Assembly (NCBI RefSeq): GCF_003918875.1
Contig: NW_025765195.1
Location: 62,001-126,000 of the forward strand
Source of the DNA: Haliotis rubra
Taxonomy: Eukaryota
Direction: 5' to 3'
Length of the DNA: 64,000 nt
How positions within the stretch are numbered: the first letter of the stretch is position 1; the number at the start of each line of letters is the position of its first letter. Position numbers and translations under genes: made by a program. Below are positions 25,848-38,800 of this stretch, piece after piece. A model generated the notes under the pieces. The model was not told where the DNA came from. It ran no database searches and was given only the letters and a program-made list of their open reading frames with translations.

Positions 25848-25956
25848 GCCCAAATCCACGAAACGTTCGTAGCGCTACAACATTCGCAAGCCTTTAATAA
25901 ACTGAAGGGTTACGACAGGTCGTAACGTCACAAATGCTTTGTGGACCGAGACCCAG
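25848..25956. mobile_element. ~110-bp palindromic MITE, monomeric relative of the 74-bp array
   Basis: GGCCCAAATCCACGAAACGTTCGTAGCGCTAC...GTTACGACAGGTCGTAACGTCACAAATGCTTTGTGGACCGAGACCC. Confidence 0.75.
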
Positions 25957-27740
25957 GGCCAGTCATGATATCTAATACTGCAATAATCTCACATAATTAC
26001 GAAACTATGCACGGCGTCCATAGCTGACCTTTGATACCAGATGGTGGGTAACCAGCCTACATGTGATAGGTCTGATTGAGGTCACTTTGGGTGACAAACA
26101 TCGACTACAACATGTCGAGTTAGTTATTGAGTGTCTGTCATTACAGATTAACTTCATCTCAACTGATTACAAAAATCTTGACTTTTCACGAATCGATCCA
26201 AAATTTAAAAAGTCTTCAGCCATGTTTGATTATTTGACCTCCACTGACATTGAGTGAGTGAGTGAGCACCCAGCATATGGCGAGGGTCTGTAAATAATCC
26301 AGTCTGGGCCATACAATCCAGTGATCAACAACATGAACATCGTTCTGCGCAATTTGGAACCGATGACATATGTCAACCAAGTCAGCGAGCCTGACCACCC
26401 CATCCTATTAGTCGCCTTTTGTGGCAAGCATGGGTTGCTGAAGACCTATTCTACCCCAGATCTTCACGGGTCAGATTTTGCATTGTATTCGATACTGTTT
26501 AAAGGTACTGTTTACACATGAAGTGATGTATTGTAAAACAAATTTGTAACGTTGAAACGATTATTGACATGAGTTCAATAAATGATGAAACTTAGTGAAA
26601 ATTGGCGAATTCTTAACCAAACTTTACACCACAACGCAACTGTTCACATGCACAATATTTGCACATGCTTTTCAGCAATTTGATGCGTGATCCTCGTGCA
26701 TTTCATCTGCATAAGGTTTGCAGTTGGTTCCCCCAAGTTAGTGGAGTAATTCATCTTCCATGCTTTAAGTGAGTCTAAACGTTTGATGGGTAGTATACAT
26801 GACATGTGAGTTTTGACTGACTGACTGAGTTTAGTTTTACGTCGCTTTTAGCAATATTCCAGCAATATCACGGCGGGGGACACCAGAAATGGGCTTAACA
26901 CATTGTGCCCATGTGGGGAATCGAACCCGGGTCTTCGGCGTGACGAGCCAACGCTTTAACCACTAAGCTACCCCACCGCCCCTGTGAGTTTTGAGCCAAT
27001 ACCATGTACCCCTTTTGCAACTATTGTTACAGCGTATATTGTTACATGTCGATTCCCAAGTTGAAACAATATGTTAACTGGAAACAGGGCTCAATTTAAG
27101 GACTTAGAACTTGCACTGGTGCAACCTGAAACGGCAGCCTCATTTATACCAATGTATAGTTTCCTGTTTAGGCCAGACCAATTGTGTTTCTTGTTTTACG
27201 GATTTTTGTCCTCAGAAACCAGTAATATTCCTTATAAATACTGTAAGTATTTTACTTTTGGCAATTTATGAATAGTATAAGGGGCCAAAACAATCTAAAA
27301 AACAATTTCTTGTAAGTTTACATTTTTGGTCAATAGAAACACTAGGATTTTATTTTTTGAGGGGAAAAATAATTACTTTTTTTTCTTACTGATGACTGAT
27401 GACTTCACAGACACTCTTTGAATGGCCGAAATTTGTTATAAAGTAACAAAACAATCTTATGTCCAGAGTAATGTTGATGTTCAAAATCATCACTACCAAA
27501 GCTCAAGCATTATGTAAAGTTTATGTTGAGCAGCAGGTGCAACCTGGGGGGTTTTCAGGTGTAACAAGGTTATTACCTAAGGTTGCACTGGGTGCAAGCA
27601 TGTTTCATATTCTTAAATCAAGACCCAGAAAATCAGTCTATTGAACTTGGTTTAAAAAACAAACAAAGAAATGATATAATTATCAACTATATTCTAAAAA
27701 AAACTAGGTCTACAAATCAACAGCAATCACGTCAAAGGAA

Positions 27741-28590
27741 TTACAATGACAGAATAAGATGTACAGGTAGTACAAATACAATGACAGAATAAGATGTACA
27801 GGTAATACAAATACAATGACAGAATAAGATGTACAGGTAGTACAAATACAATGACAGAATAAGATGTACAGGTAGTACAAATACAATGACAGAATAAGAT
27901 GTACAGGTAATACAAATACAATGACAGAATAAGATGTACAGGTAGTACAAATACAATGACAGAATAAGATGTACAGGTAGTACAAATACAATGACAGAAT
28001 AAGATGTACAGGTAATACAAATACAATGACAGAATAAGATGTACAGGTAGTACAAATACAATGACAGAATAAGATGTACAGGTAGTACAAATACAATGAC
28101 AGAATAAGATGTACAGGTAGTACAAATACAATGACAGAATAAGATGTACAGGTAGTACAAATACAATGACAGAATAAGATGTACAGGTAGTACAAATACA
28201 ATGACAGAATAAGATGTACAGGTAGTACAAATACAATGATAGAATCAGATGTACAGGTAGTACAAATATGATGACAGAATAATACAATGACAGAATAAGA
28301 TGTACAGGTAGTACAAATACAATGATAGAATAAGATGTACAGGTAGTACAAATACAATGACAGAATAATACAATGACAGAATAAGATGTACAGGTAGTAC
28401 AAATACAATGACAGAATAAGATGTACAGGTAGTACAAATACAATGATAGAATAAGATGTACAGGTAGTACAAATACAATGACAGAATAAGATGTACAGGT
28501 AGTACAAATACAATGACAGAATAAGATGTACAGGTAGTACAAATACAATGACAGAATAAGATCTATAGGTAGTACAATTACAGAATAACA
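27741..28590. repeat. 35-bp minisatellite, ~24 copies
   Basis: Unit TACAATGACAGAATAAGATGTACAGGTAGTACAAA. Confidence 0.97.
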
Positions 28591-29494
28591 TACTGGCAGT
28601 AGAAATACAATGATATCATAATATACAAGCACTGATTGAATATTAACTGAAACAATGTAATACAGATACACCACTGTTCTACAATGACTGAGTGAGTAAT
28701 GTTTTACGATGCTTTTAGCATTATTCCAGCAATATCACGGCGGGGGACACCAGAAATGTGTACCCATGTGGGGAATCGAACCCGGGTCTTCGGCATGACG
28801 AGCAAACGCTTGAACCACTAGGCTACCCCACCGCCCTTTCCACAATGAGAAACATGTCAGATATCAGGTAACAAAACATCCCCAGGGCCATTGTTGGCTT
28901 CCATTCAGAACTGTCTGTTTACATTCAGAATTGTGGGGAGAGTCATCACATACAAGAAGACAGAAACCCCCTGATTGGCTTGTCAGAAAGTTAACCTAAT
29001 GGAATATAATGAAGAGTTTGTCAGATCCGTACAAAGGTATCAAATTGAAGTAACAGACATAAACTGGTTGTTCAAATCCTATACTGTGATGATTGCATTT
29101 TGGATTCTGATAGCTTTGACCTTTCATGAAGGTGACTCCGATGTTGACTACTTTGGTGAAACCCGGGTGTGGTGCAGACACACCAACAAACATAATGAGG
29201 GCAGATTCAAACCCACCTTCGTAGGTGGCATGTCTATGAGATAAGAAATAGATCTACCAATGATTTATTCAGTTTCAAAGCTATATATCCAGAGGCCATG
29301 ATTAAATGTCTGAATTCTGAGTTAAAAATGAGCTGGTCAGGATATTTAACTTTGAACATTTTCAGATATATTTGTAAAGCACCACAACAACACAAACTTT
29401 AAAAATCTTTGGAGATACTTAAAATTAAATGATTACAGAAATACAAAGGACAAATGGTAATGGACAAACGAAAAAACAAGAAGACAAAGTCATC

Positions 29495-30175
29495 AATATC
29501 CCCCACAATGGCAAAACTCTCTTCATGAATATGTTAACTAGCTACGACTATGTCAAATGTTTTGGCATATATATAGCAGTGAGTAAGTAAGTTTTATGCC
29601 ACATTCAGCAATATTCCAGCTACAAGGCAGCGGTCTAAATAATAGAATCTGGACCAGATAATCCAGTGATCAACAGCATGAGCATCGATCTACACAAATA
29701 GGATACAATGATATGTGTCAACCAAGTCAGTGACTATATTGCGAAGTGGAAGGAGAGTATTGAAAGGTTTTAAAGTTCTGTTCCAGAAGTCATCCTTATT
29801 GCCGTGCAAATGCAAAAAATAATTTTATTCAGAAATCCAAACTACAAAAATGCACCAGTACACCACCAGACCTATCTATGTGCCAAGTTTGGTGAAGATA
29901 TATTGAACAGTTTTAAAGTTCTGCTCCGGAAAAGAGCACCAACGCCAATTTCAGAGTCAAACTTGTTGCCATGGAAACGGAAAAATACTAGTATTATAAT
30001 CAGATATCCAGAGTACAAAAAGGCACCAGTTCACCACCAGACCTATCTATGTGCCAAGTGTGGTGACGAAATATTGAGCGGTTTTAAAGTTCTGCTCCGG
30101 AAAAGACAAATGTGCACGGATGGACGGATGGAGTGCATCTTAATACCCCCCGTAAAATGCGTTGCTGGGGATAAT
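29495..30175 (+). mobile_element. HINE/Helentron-like non-autonomous element with internal ~170-bp repeats. A similar element ends near 48190.
   Basis: Repeated TGTGCCAAGTTTGGTGAAGAT..TTTTAAAGTTCTGCTCCGGAAA core, a short (GGAC/GGAT)n tract and a 3' CCCCC..GGGGATAA palindrome. Confidence 0.6.
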
Positions 30176-30196
30176 GAAGGGCAAGGTGACACAGGT

Positions 30197-31138
30197 CTCC
30201 CATACTTCAACATAGACTTACGACAGTTGTAGCGCTAAGGTGATCGTGACTCCCATACTTTAACATAGACTTACGACAGTCGTAGCGCTAAGGTGATCAT
30301 GACTCCCATACTTCAACATAGACTTACGACAGTTGTAGCGCTAAGGTGATCGTGACTCCCATACTTTAACATAGACTTACGACAGTCATAGTGCTAAGAT
30401 GATCGTAACTCCCATACTTTAACATAGACTTACGACAGTCATAGTGCTGAGGTGATCATGACTCCCATACTTCAACATAGACTTACGACAGTCATAGCGC
30501 TAAGGTGACCGTAACTCCCATACTTTAACATAGACTTACGACAGTTGTAGCGCTAAGGTGATCGTGACTCCCATACTTTAACATAGACTTACGACAGTTG
30601 TAGCGCTAAGATGATCGCAACTCCCATACTTTAACATAGACTTACGACAGTCCTAGTGCTGAGGTGATCATGACTCCCATACTTCAACATAGACTTATGA
30701 CAGTCGTAGTGCTAAGGTGACCGTGACTCCCACACTTCAACATAGACTTACGACAGTCATAGTGCTAAGATGATCGTGACTCCCATACTTTAACATAGAT
30801 TTACGACAGTCGTAGTGCTAAGATGATCGTGACTCCCATACTTTAACATAGACTTACGACAGTCGTAGCGCTAAGGTGATCATGACTCCCATGCTTCAAC
30901 ATAGACTTACGACAGTCGTACCGCTAAGATGATCGTGACTCCCATACTTTAACATAGACTTACGACAGTCATACTTTAACATAGATTTACGACAGTCGTA
31001 GTGCTAAGATGATCGTGACTCCCATACTTTAACATAGACTTACGACAGTCGTAGTGCTAAGGTGACCATGACTCCCATGCTTTAACATAGACTTACGACA
31101 GTCGTAGCGCTAAGATGATTGTGACTCTCATACTTTAA
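30197..31138. repeat. 53-bp tandem array (~17 copies) derived from a MITE interior
   Basis: Unit CTCCCATACTTTAACATAGACTTACGACAGTCGTAGCGCTAAGGTGATCGTGA. Confidence 0.96.
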
Positions 31139-33675
31139 AGGTCACATAAACCCTAGGGGGTAAAAATACATAAATCACTAACTGGCATCGTTATAAATGA
31201 AACCCCGTCATTAAAACTACTCATTTCGACCTTTAATTGACTTAAATCGACCTTTTTGACAACAGTGCACAATTCTCATCCGCGAACGAAATTTCAACCA
31301 ATCAGAGCGGCGCGCCTCTGTGACGTCATATGAGGAATAGCTTTGAGAGCCGATGCAGAATTCATCTACATTTTAGGGGGTAAATTATCGTGTTTACAGG
31401 CTTGTATAAACCTGAAATCGTGACAATTGTTGTGGAAAATGAAAGCTATATGTTCTCACAATCTACTGTCATTTAATTTTGTCTCCTGCTTTGCCTAGTT
31501 TCCGAGTTACAACTTGTTTTCATAGACGATTCTGTCAAAATCGATTGGTGTCGTTAGGCCCTATTTGTATAATGACTGATCCAAATTGATCCCATTTCTG
31601 TGTTGTTTTACCTCGATATTTAATCATGTCATGTAAAAATCTGTTTGTATTCTCAAAACAGTGTCGGCCCATAAGTTTTCACATGCAATACAGCAATTAA
31701 TACTCCCTCGTTGTAACCCGTGTTAGGTGGTATAAACCTACACGTTATTTGTCATCATTCACTTGATGGTCAGTTAATGAATTTATAACAGGTATAATTA
31801 GTGGTAACACACTTAGATTACCCGACAAAGGTTCCCATTTGGCATTTCTTGTGTCTGGAGTAAATATTCAACATTATAAACATCGATCAAAGGATTAACC
31901 GATAACACGCTGATTGATTAATTACTTTTATCTTACACAGCGGAATTGTCAAAAGGTAGTGTTTATGTATGTAGATTTACTAATCTATACTGAATACACT
32001 CTGTCGTGTCGGTGTCTGCGTAAAAACAACGTCCTTCTTTCAAAGGATTAACCGGCAATACATTGATTGATTGCCCATTATTGGCTAACTAAATTACTGT
32101 TTTAAAGAAAGGCGGACATTATGCAATTAGTTGCCAGGTGTGCTATCTTGGGTGACCAATGAGACTATACACCAATACCTGAAAAGATTTATCACTTTTT
32201 CGTATATTAAACTGTTAAAAGACACATCATTTGGAACAGTTTTGTGGATATTGATGGATACATTCCTCGAACAAGGTAATGGCCTGATATTGTTCCTATA
32301 ACTTTAATCTGTTTTAATTTTAATATTTGCATTTTGTTTTATTCATTTGTCGTAGCATTCAACAGAATCATTGTTTTCGCCGTGAAGTGTAATGAGACAG
32401 ACAACATGCACTAGGGTGTGTGTGCGAATTATGATTCACATTGGCAAACTATAAAATGTCTAGATATTACAGTTCTGTTATAAATTCACTATAAGTATCA
32501 GCAGATCGTCTGCTTTTATTTAGTTTCAAAATGCATACAAGTGTGATAATAAACTAATTAGGATTATAAGACCAAATATAAAGACGCACATTGACTAGTA
32601 TCTACATACTGGTGAGTGGACATTAACCATGGGAATGTAGCAAGAAATTTATCGCGCAGTATTGTGACTTCGACCCCACCTCGCTTCCGTGGAAGAAATC
32701 GTTATGTTATAAGTTGTGTCATGCAAAATCCGTTTGGTTATGATTCCAATACATATTTAACAACGAGTAGAAAGTAGTCTTGATTTTCTAACTTGATGAA
32801 AACAAACTATAATCTCATTAATTCTAACAGATTTTTTTATATTTTAAAAATGGCGGCGCCCTATCGGGAACATCCGCCAGTCTGAGGATAAATGGTATTT
32901 AGGTTTGTTTTCACCGAGTTCTAAAATCAAAACTACTTTCTACTGGTAATAAATATGTATTTTATTGATGGCCAATAGGATTTTGCATGACATAGCGTAT
33001 ATCATAACAATTTCTCTCGTGGCAGCGAGGTGGGTGTCAATATAATACTACTTACAATATTATTGTTACTTCGACCACAACCTCACTTCCGAGGAAGAAA
33101 TCGTTATGTTACAAGTTGTGTCATAGAAAATCTTTATGGTCATCAATCATATGCATATTTTACTACAACTAGTAAGTAGTTTTGATTCTTTAACTTCCGT
33201 GAAGCGATCTGAACACAAGTAAGATATCGTTTCAGGCTTCCACAACGCTCGCTTCGCACTCACAAACATAACCCATTTAGCACGAACTGCGGGGTCCTGT
33301 GGAAATCTGTGCATGGGGACACCATCGCCCGACCCCTAGGAGCAATTGACGACAAAGCAACGATTCGGCATGTCGTCGTTGATGTCGAGAAATCATCAAA
33401 ATGATGAGCGTGCTACACATTTTCTATACAACTAACTGAAAATCGTTCCTCATATGACGTCACTGCAGTGCTCTGGCGACAGAGTTACGTAACCTGTCTG
33501 TGGTTTCGTTGGCGGGCGAGAGGGAAGCAGGCGACTTTTTGGCCACTTTTAATCGCTCGGTATTAATTAACCACAAGTTTTTAAAGAATAAATTTGGTGT
33601 TCCGCATAAGACTAACCACAAATCTTTCATATGTAATGGTTAAAAGAGTAACAAAAAACAAAGTTTAGTGGTTCT
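31139..33675 (-). mobile_element. Kolobok-like deletion derivative with a THAP remnant
   Basis: TTAA on both sides, imperfect TIRs (AGGTCACATAAAC versus AGAACCACTAAAC), and a THAP-domain remnant near the right end. It truncates the 53-bp array at a TTAA. Confidence 0.6.
33195..33371 (-). pseudogene. THAP zinc-finger domain remnant, not in the ORF track
   Basis: Manual translation MPNRCFVVNCS*GSGDGVPMHRFPQDPAVRAKWVMFVSAKRALWKPETISYLCSDRFTE fits the THAP C..C..FP..W..CxxHF pattern, with one stop and an H-to-R change. Confidence 0.85.
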
Positions 33676-34659
33676 TTAATCATCGTGACGCTTACATTTC
33701 AGGATCCAATGTTTATTGGGGAGAATTTGATAATTGCAATGAAGATTTTTAAAATTAACAGACATAATACAAGGTCAATAAAGAACATATTGAAGTAAGT
33801 TTCCATCCAACAGTACAGCGGCTCATGCCCGCTTACCCAGCAGATTAGGGGGATTTACAGCAATGCTTGGTTGACTGTGGACATGTTGAGCCTCCCATTG
33901 AAATATGTTCCAGGTCAGCCAGCCGGCCAGGGGGATTAGTGCTTAGGGCTCACCTGATGAGGGAGCTGGCTTACAAGTGTTCACCACCTACAGCCAAAGT
34001 GACATGACAGCAGACACCATTATTCCTCTAATTTATTGTATGTTCCATTACACTCAAGTTGGGTGGGGAAAATGTGCAAAAATGTGGTTTAGTGACATGA
34101 TACAAGGACAACAGTGATGTTGGGCTGTTGGTGAGGATAGCTATGACCTTTCGACTGGTTCCTGTGTACATTGTCTGTGACGTGTGGTTCCATACCCCAG
34201 AAAATGCTCAACCCTGTGACAGCAGCTTCACCAACTACGTGACAACCTACTGGGTGGAGGGTGAACAACCATGTAGAGGGGCGACACAGAAAGCTGGATG
34301 TGTTGATGGAGAGCCACCCCAAAATCTACAAAATCATAGATTTTTCTTAAGAAGGAACAGGCCTTGATCGAATCCTGTATTTTTCAACTGCAAGGTGGTG
34401 CCAGGCCACCAAATAGAACACATAGATACATTCAACATTTCCATTGACGATCCTGTTTCGCGCCTTAACAGCGTGTTAATGTCAACTTGTGATGAAATCG
34501 TAAATAAAATGGTGATAATTTACACCTTTTTCTTCTTTGCTGGGGGACCAAATCTCAAAGGGAACTAAATTACAGGCGCACCCTTTGTTCTTGGGATTAC
34601 ATTGCTTCACTGATCTGGCACCTTAGAACAAAAGCTGCTGGGTACGCAGGAAGAACCCC

Positions 34660-35190
34660 ATCTAATTACTGGAACACCTGCTCCGTTCAGTAATCACAAC
34701 AGTACAACATCTAACTACTGGAACATCTGCTCTGTTCAGTAATCACAACAGTACAACATCTAACTACTGGAACATCTGCTCTGTTCAGTAATCACAACAG
34801 TACATCATCTAACTATTGGAGCATCTGCTCTGTTCAGTAATCACGACAGTACATCTAACTACTGGAGCACCTGCGCTGTTCAGTAATCACAACAGTACAA
34901 CATCTAACTAGTAGAGCACCTGCTCTGTTCAGTAATCACGACAGTACAACATCTAACTATAGGAGCACCTGCTCTGTTCAGTAATCACAACAGTACAACA
35001 TCTAACTAGTAGAGCACCTGCTCTGTCCAGTAATCACGACAGTACATCTAACTACTGGAGCACCTGCTCTGTTCAGTAATCACAATAGTACAACATGTAA
35101 CTACTGGAGCACCTGCTATGTTCAGGAATCACCAAAGTACAACATCTAACTACTGGAGCACCTACACTGTACAGAAATCACAACAGTACG
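34660..35190. repeat. 46-50-bp minisatellite (modal 49 bp), ~11 copies
   Basis: Unit CATCTAACTACTGGAGCACCTGCTCTGTTCAGTAATCACAACAGTACAA. Confidence 0.94.
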
Positions 35191-35809
35191 ACCGGCATCA
35201 AAAGTCGACATCCCATGATGACTAAACATATTACAGGGCATCTACCTTTTCAATTCTTATAATGATGACCAAATGACTTGTTGACGTGTTTAAAAAAATA
35301 GTATCAGTAATCAAGCCTGACTGACTGACTGAGTTTGGTTTTACGCCGCTTTTAGCAATATTCCAGCAATATCACGGCGGGGGACACCAGAAATGAGCTT
35401 CATTCATTGTACCCATGTGGGGATTCGAACCCGGGTCTTCAGCGTGACGAGCTAACGCTTTAACCACTAGACTACCCCACCGCCACCAGTAATAAAGCGA
35501 CAAGGACAGCCAAAATATGTAAAGGACAAGATAGATGCTGTCAAACTCATCGTTAAGTACATCAAAGTGACCAGCATCAAAAGTCAACATCCCGTGATGA
35601 CTAACATATTACATTAAATCTACCTCTTATAACGACCAAATTGTTGGTTAACTTTTTAAGATAATACTACTTGGCTAAAATATGGCTTACAAACTGTTTT
35701 GTGAACACATAACATTTTTGTATTGTGTACATCTCTCCTTTCCCTCAAACCTGTACCCCCCGCTATAAACAGAAGCATGTGGAAGAACAGCCCTGTGGCT
35801 GGTGAACAG

Positions 35810-38800
35810 TTAATATAGATAACTGGTCAGTGTAGGATGCCCTCCCATCTCAGCTACACTTACGATGTCCTCATTACTGTCTGTCAGAAGTGTCAGGTCA
35901 GCTTTGTGCTGTATTAGGAGGTCAACCACATCTTTATGTCCAAAGAAGGCAGCCTTCAATACAGGTGTGTATCCATGTGTCCCTCTACTGTTGATGTTAG
36001 AAGGAGACAGGAGAGGCGTGTTCAGAACCGCGAGCGCCCGCGATCGCTCGCGAGCGCTCGATCCTGAACGCCTGTGACCGTGCGAGCGCCCGCGCGCGCA
36101 CGCGAGCCATCCCCACAGCTGCCTCGCCAAGCGAACCAAGATGGCGACCAACACGGAGACGGTAGAAGAGGTGGTGCTGCAAAACCCCACAGGCACAAAA
36201 TGTTACACTCTGTTCGTTCCCACGTCACTGAGGATCTATGCCGACACTGATAAGCGAACTGTTCAACCGTGAAACAGTCACGCAGTGGATGTTATGAGGC
36301 TGTGCTATGATGGAATCCTGAGCAAACGCGTCACCTCACACGCGTGGTCATTGCCTGCCACTGTCACAAGTGAAGGACACTGCATTAATACAGCATCTGC
36401 AATGTTTAATGTTGTAGCTCGTTGACAGCTACAATTTATGATTGTGCATTAAGGGTTTAAAATGTCCATGTCATATGTACAGGCTATGAAGAAAACATTA
36501 TGAATGTACACATTGGTGAGAGTCCTTCCCGTTCCCCCATCCCAAATAATATTCATAAATATACTAAAATTATGAACAAAACTGAACACAACAATGACTA
36601 GAGAACTCACAAAATGAATAAAAGTCCAATATTGAAGTTAGGGTTAGGTTGAAGTTGAGGGTTAGGTTTAGCGTTAAGTTGAGAGGCAGGTGTAGGGTTG
36701 GGGGAAATGAAGGAACCCTTCTCTTCGTATCTGTGATGAAAAGATGTGAAATTGTGAATAATGAATTTACAGAAGCTTCTGTGGCCCATAACAATGTCCA
36801 ATAATTGGTAATTGCTAAGACATTGGTATGGTTTTCACTACGTCCAGGCACTTCAGCTGCCATCTACAATTACCTCCAGAGAATCTATCCAGTGGATGAG
36901 ACAGGATGCAAAAAATTGTGTGAGTAAATAATGATTTGACATCTGTGCGTATTGAAATGTGATGTGTGATAACTGTGTACATAATGTCAACTGTCAGAAA
37001 TGCATACAAGGTTGCTACAGTGTCTACTGTCTGATCCCACAATTCAAAAGTATTGATTTACATATATATATGTGTATTTGTTGCAGTACTGACGCAGTCA
37101 CTGCAAGTCTTAGCAGACCTCGGGCTGCTACAGACATGGTCAGCCATGGCCAAGGGCAGTGGAGTTGCCTTAGGCAAACATGCCACCTTTGATCAACTGT
37201 CTCAGGCTGCCTATAGCCGAGATGTTGATGACGATGTTCTCGGTACACTGGGTGCAGTTGCGCCCAATCACCTCACTGCGCAGGAGAAAGTCAGATTCAT
37301 GGAGATTGGTGTGGCTGCACTTCCCAAGGGTGAGTTAGTTGTATTGCGATATCCACTCAAGTAACACTAGTGAATGATCTGAGGAGTGTTATAGAGAAAA
37401 GGCAAGCGGAAACGTAAATCATTTCTGAATGGTTCCATCGGTGAATACTGCAATGTCCTTGTAGAGACAGAATCAAGAGCGTCCACACCAACGCAGCAAC
37501 CAGAGATGCTACCAATCATCAAAAACTGAGGACATCCAGATGTTGCAACACCGAAGCACCCAGGGCCTCCTCAGCGCCTCCGGCACCCAGCACCTCCTCT
37601 GCACCACCAGCAAGGGGCCTCCTCAACTCCTCCGGCACAGGACCACCATTTCAGCTGAAGGTTTGGTTTTACCTATAGAATAGCCTTTATGCAATGGGTA
37701 TAGTATTTTTAAAAAGTTTGAATACAAGTAGTACAGCTACTACTACCATATCATATTTGTAATACCAATAGTTGAAGTCACTGGGGAAGTGAGGTTGTGG
37801 AATGCACTTTGAGCATGCCCCGTAATGATGTGACAAATAGCTCTATATGAATATGATCATCATTACATCGCCCACTCTGCCTCTTGGGTACCCATTCACT
37901 GCTGTGTGAACAGAGGCATATGGTGAGTGAAGCCCTTTACCCAATGTGATACAACACGTTTATCAACACATGTCTGTGTATCTCACCACTGCAACATTGA
38001 CAGCGATGTATGTACATTATGTAACACTTGTGTGAATCTTGTATTAACAACGAAGGAGCAGGGAATGTTTTTTTGTTGAGGAGAAATATTGTGTTGTCAT
38101 GTCACAGTTGCCACTGGTGCGGGGGATATTGATGACTTTGTCTACGTGTTGATGACGTTTTCAAATTTAACATCATTCTCATATTTTCATTTAGCTTTTG
38201 CATTGACAATGATTACACCTCTTTTTTAAACCTCACTGCTTCATTACAGGCCATGCAAGAGAAGAAGGGGATGAAGGTATGTTAATTGCATCAAAGGGCA
38301 GTTATATGCAATGCAGAACATTTGTATTCAGTTCATACACGTTTGAGTTGCATTCCATAAGCCGATTGATATGATAGTCTTTTGTCTGCTTTAGTACCAA
38401 GTCACATGCGGTCAGTGTGAGTGTGTGTGTATTGAAGAATTCAAGAAAACAATAACAACATATGAGTGATTTGGCATCCTTTCATTGATCCTTCCTGTAC
38501 TTGGAATGTATATTTGTTGATGACTTGAGTAATTTGTGACTAATCTTTAACCATTACAGATGATCTGCAGTCACAGGCTGGGACAGAGACTGAACAAAAA
38601 CGTAAGAGGATTGTGTTGTACATTACCACCATCATTACCACAGAACATTGTACGAACATGATTATCCAGTCTTGTGTATATGCAACAGTTCCTCGTCATC
38701 TGGGCTCCTCTGTGGCATATGTAGATAAAATAAAATGTTTAAAGAATATGTCGAGTGCATATTATTGTTATGTTAGTAACTCATGACTCTAACAGGAGAT

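Noticed and set aside
27710-28674. Hydrophobic Cys-rich ORFs of about 300 aa
   Set aside because: Translations of a 35-bp minisatellite.
35810-36196. 128-aa ORF as an independent ankyrin gene
   Set aside because: It is a chimera of the transposon's left end and the severed last ankyrin unit.
36636-36705. Interstitial telomere
   Set aside because: Only a few degenerate TTAGGG-like units within a transposon intron.
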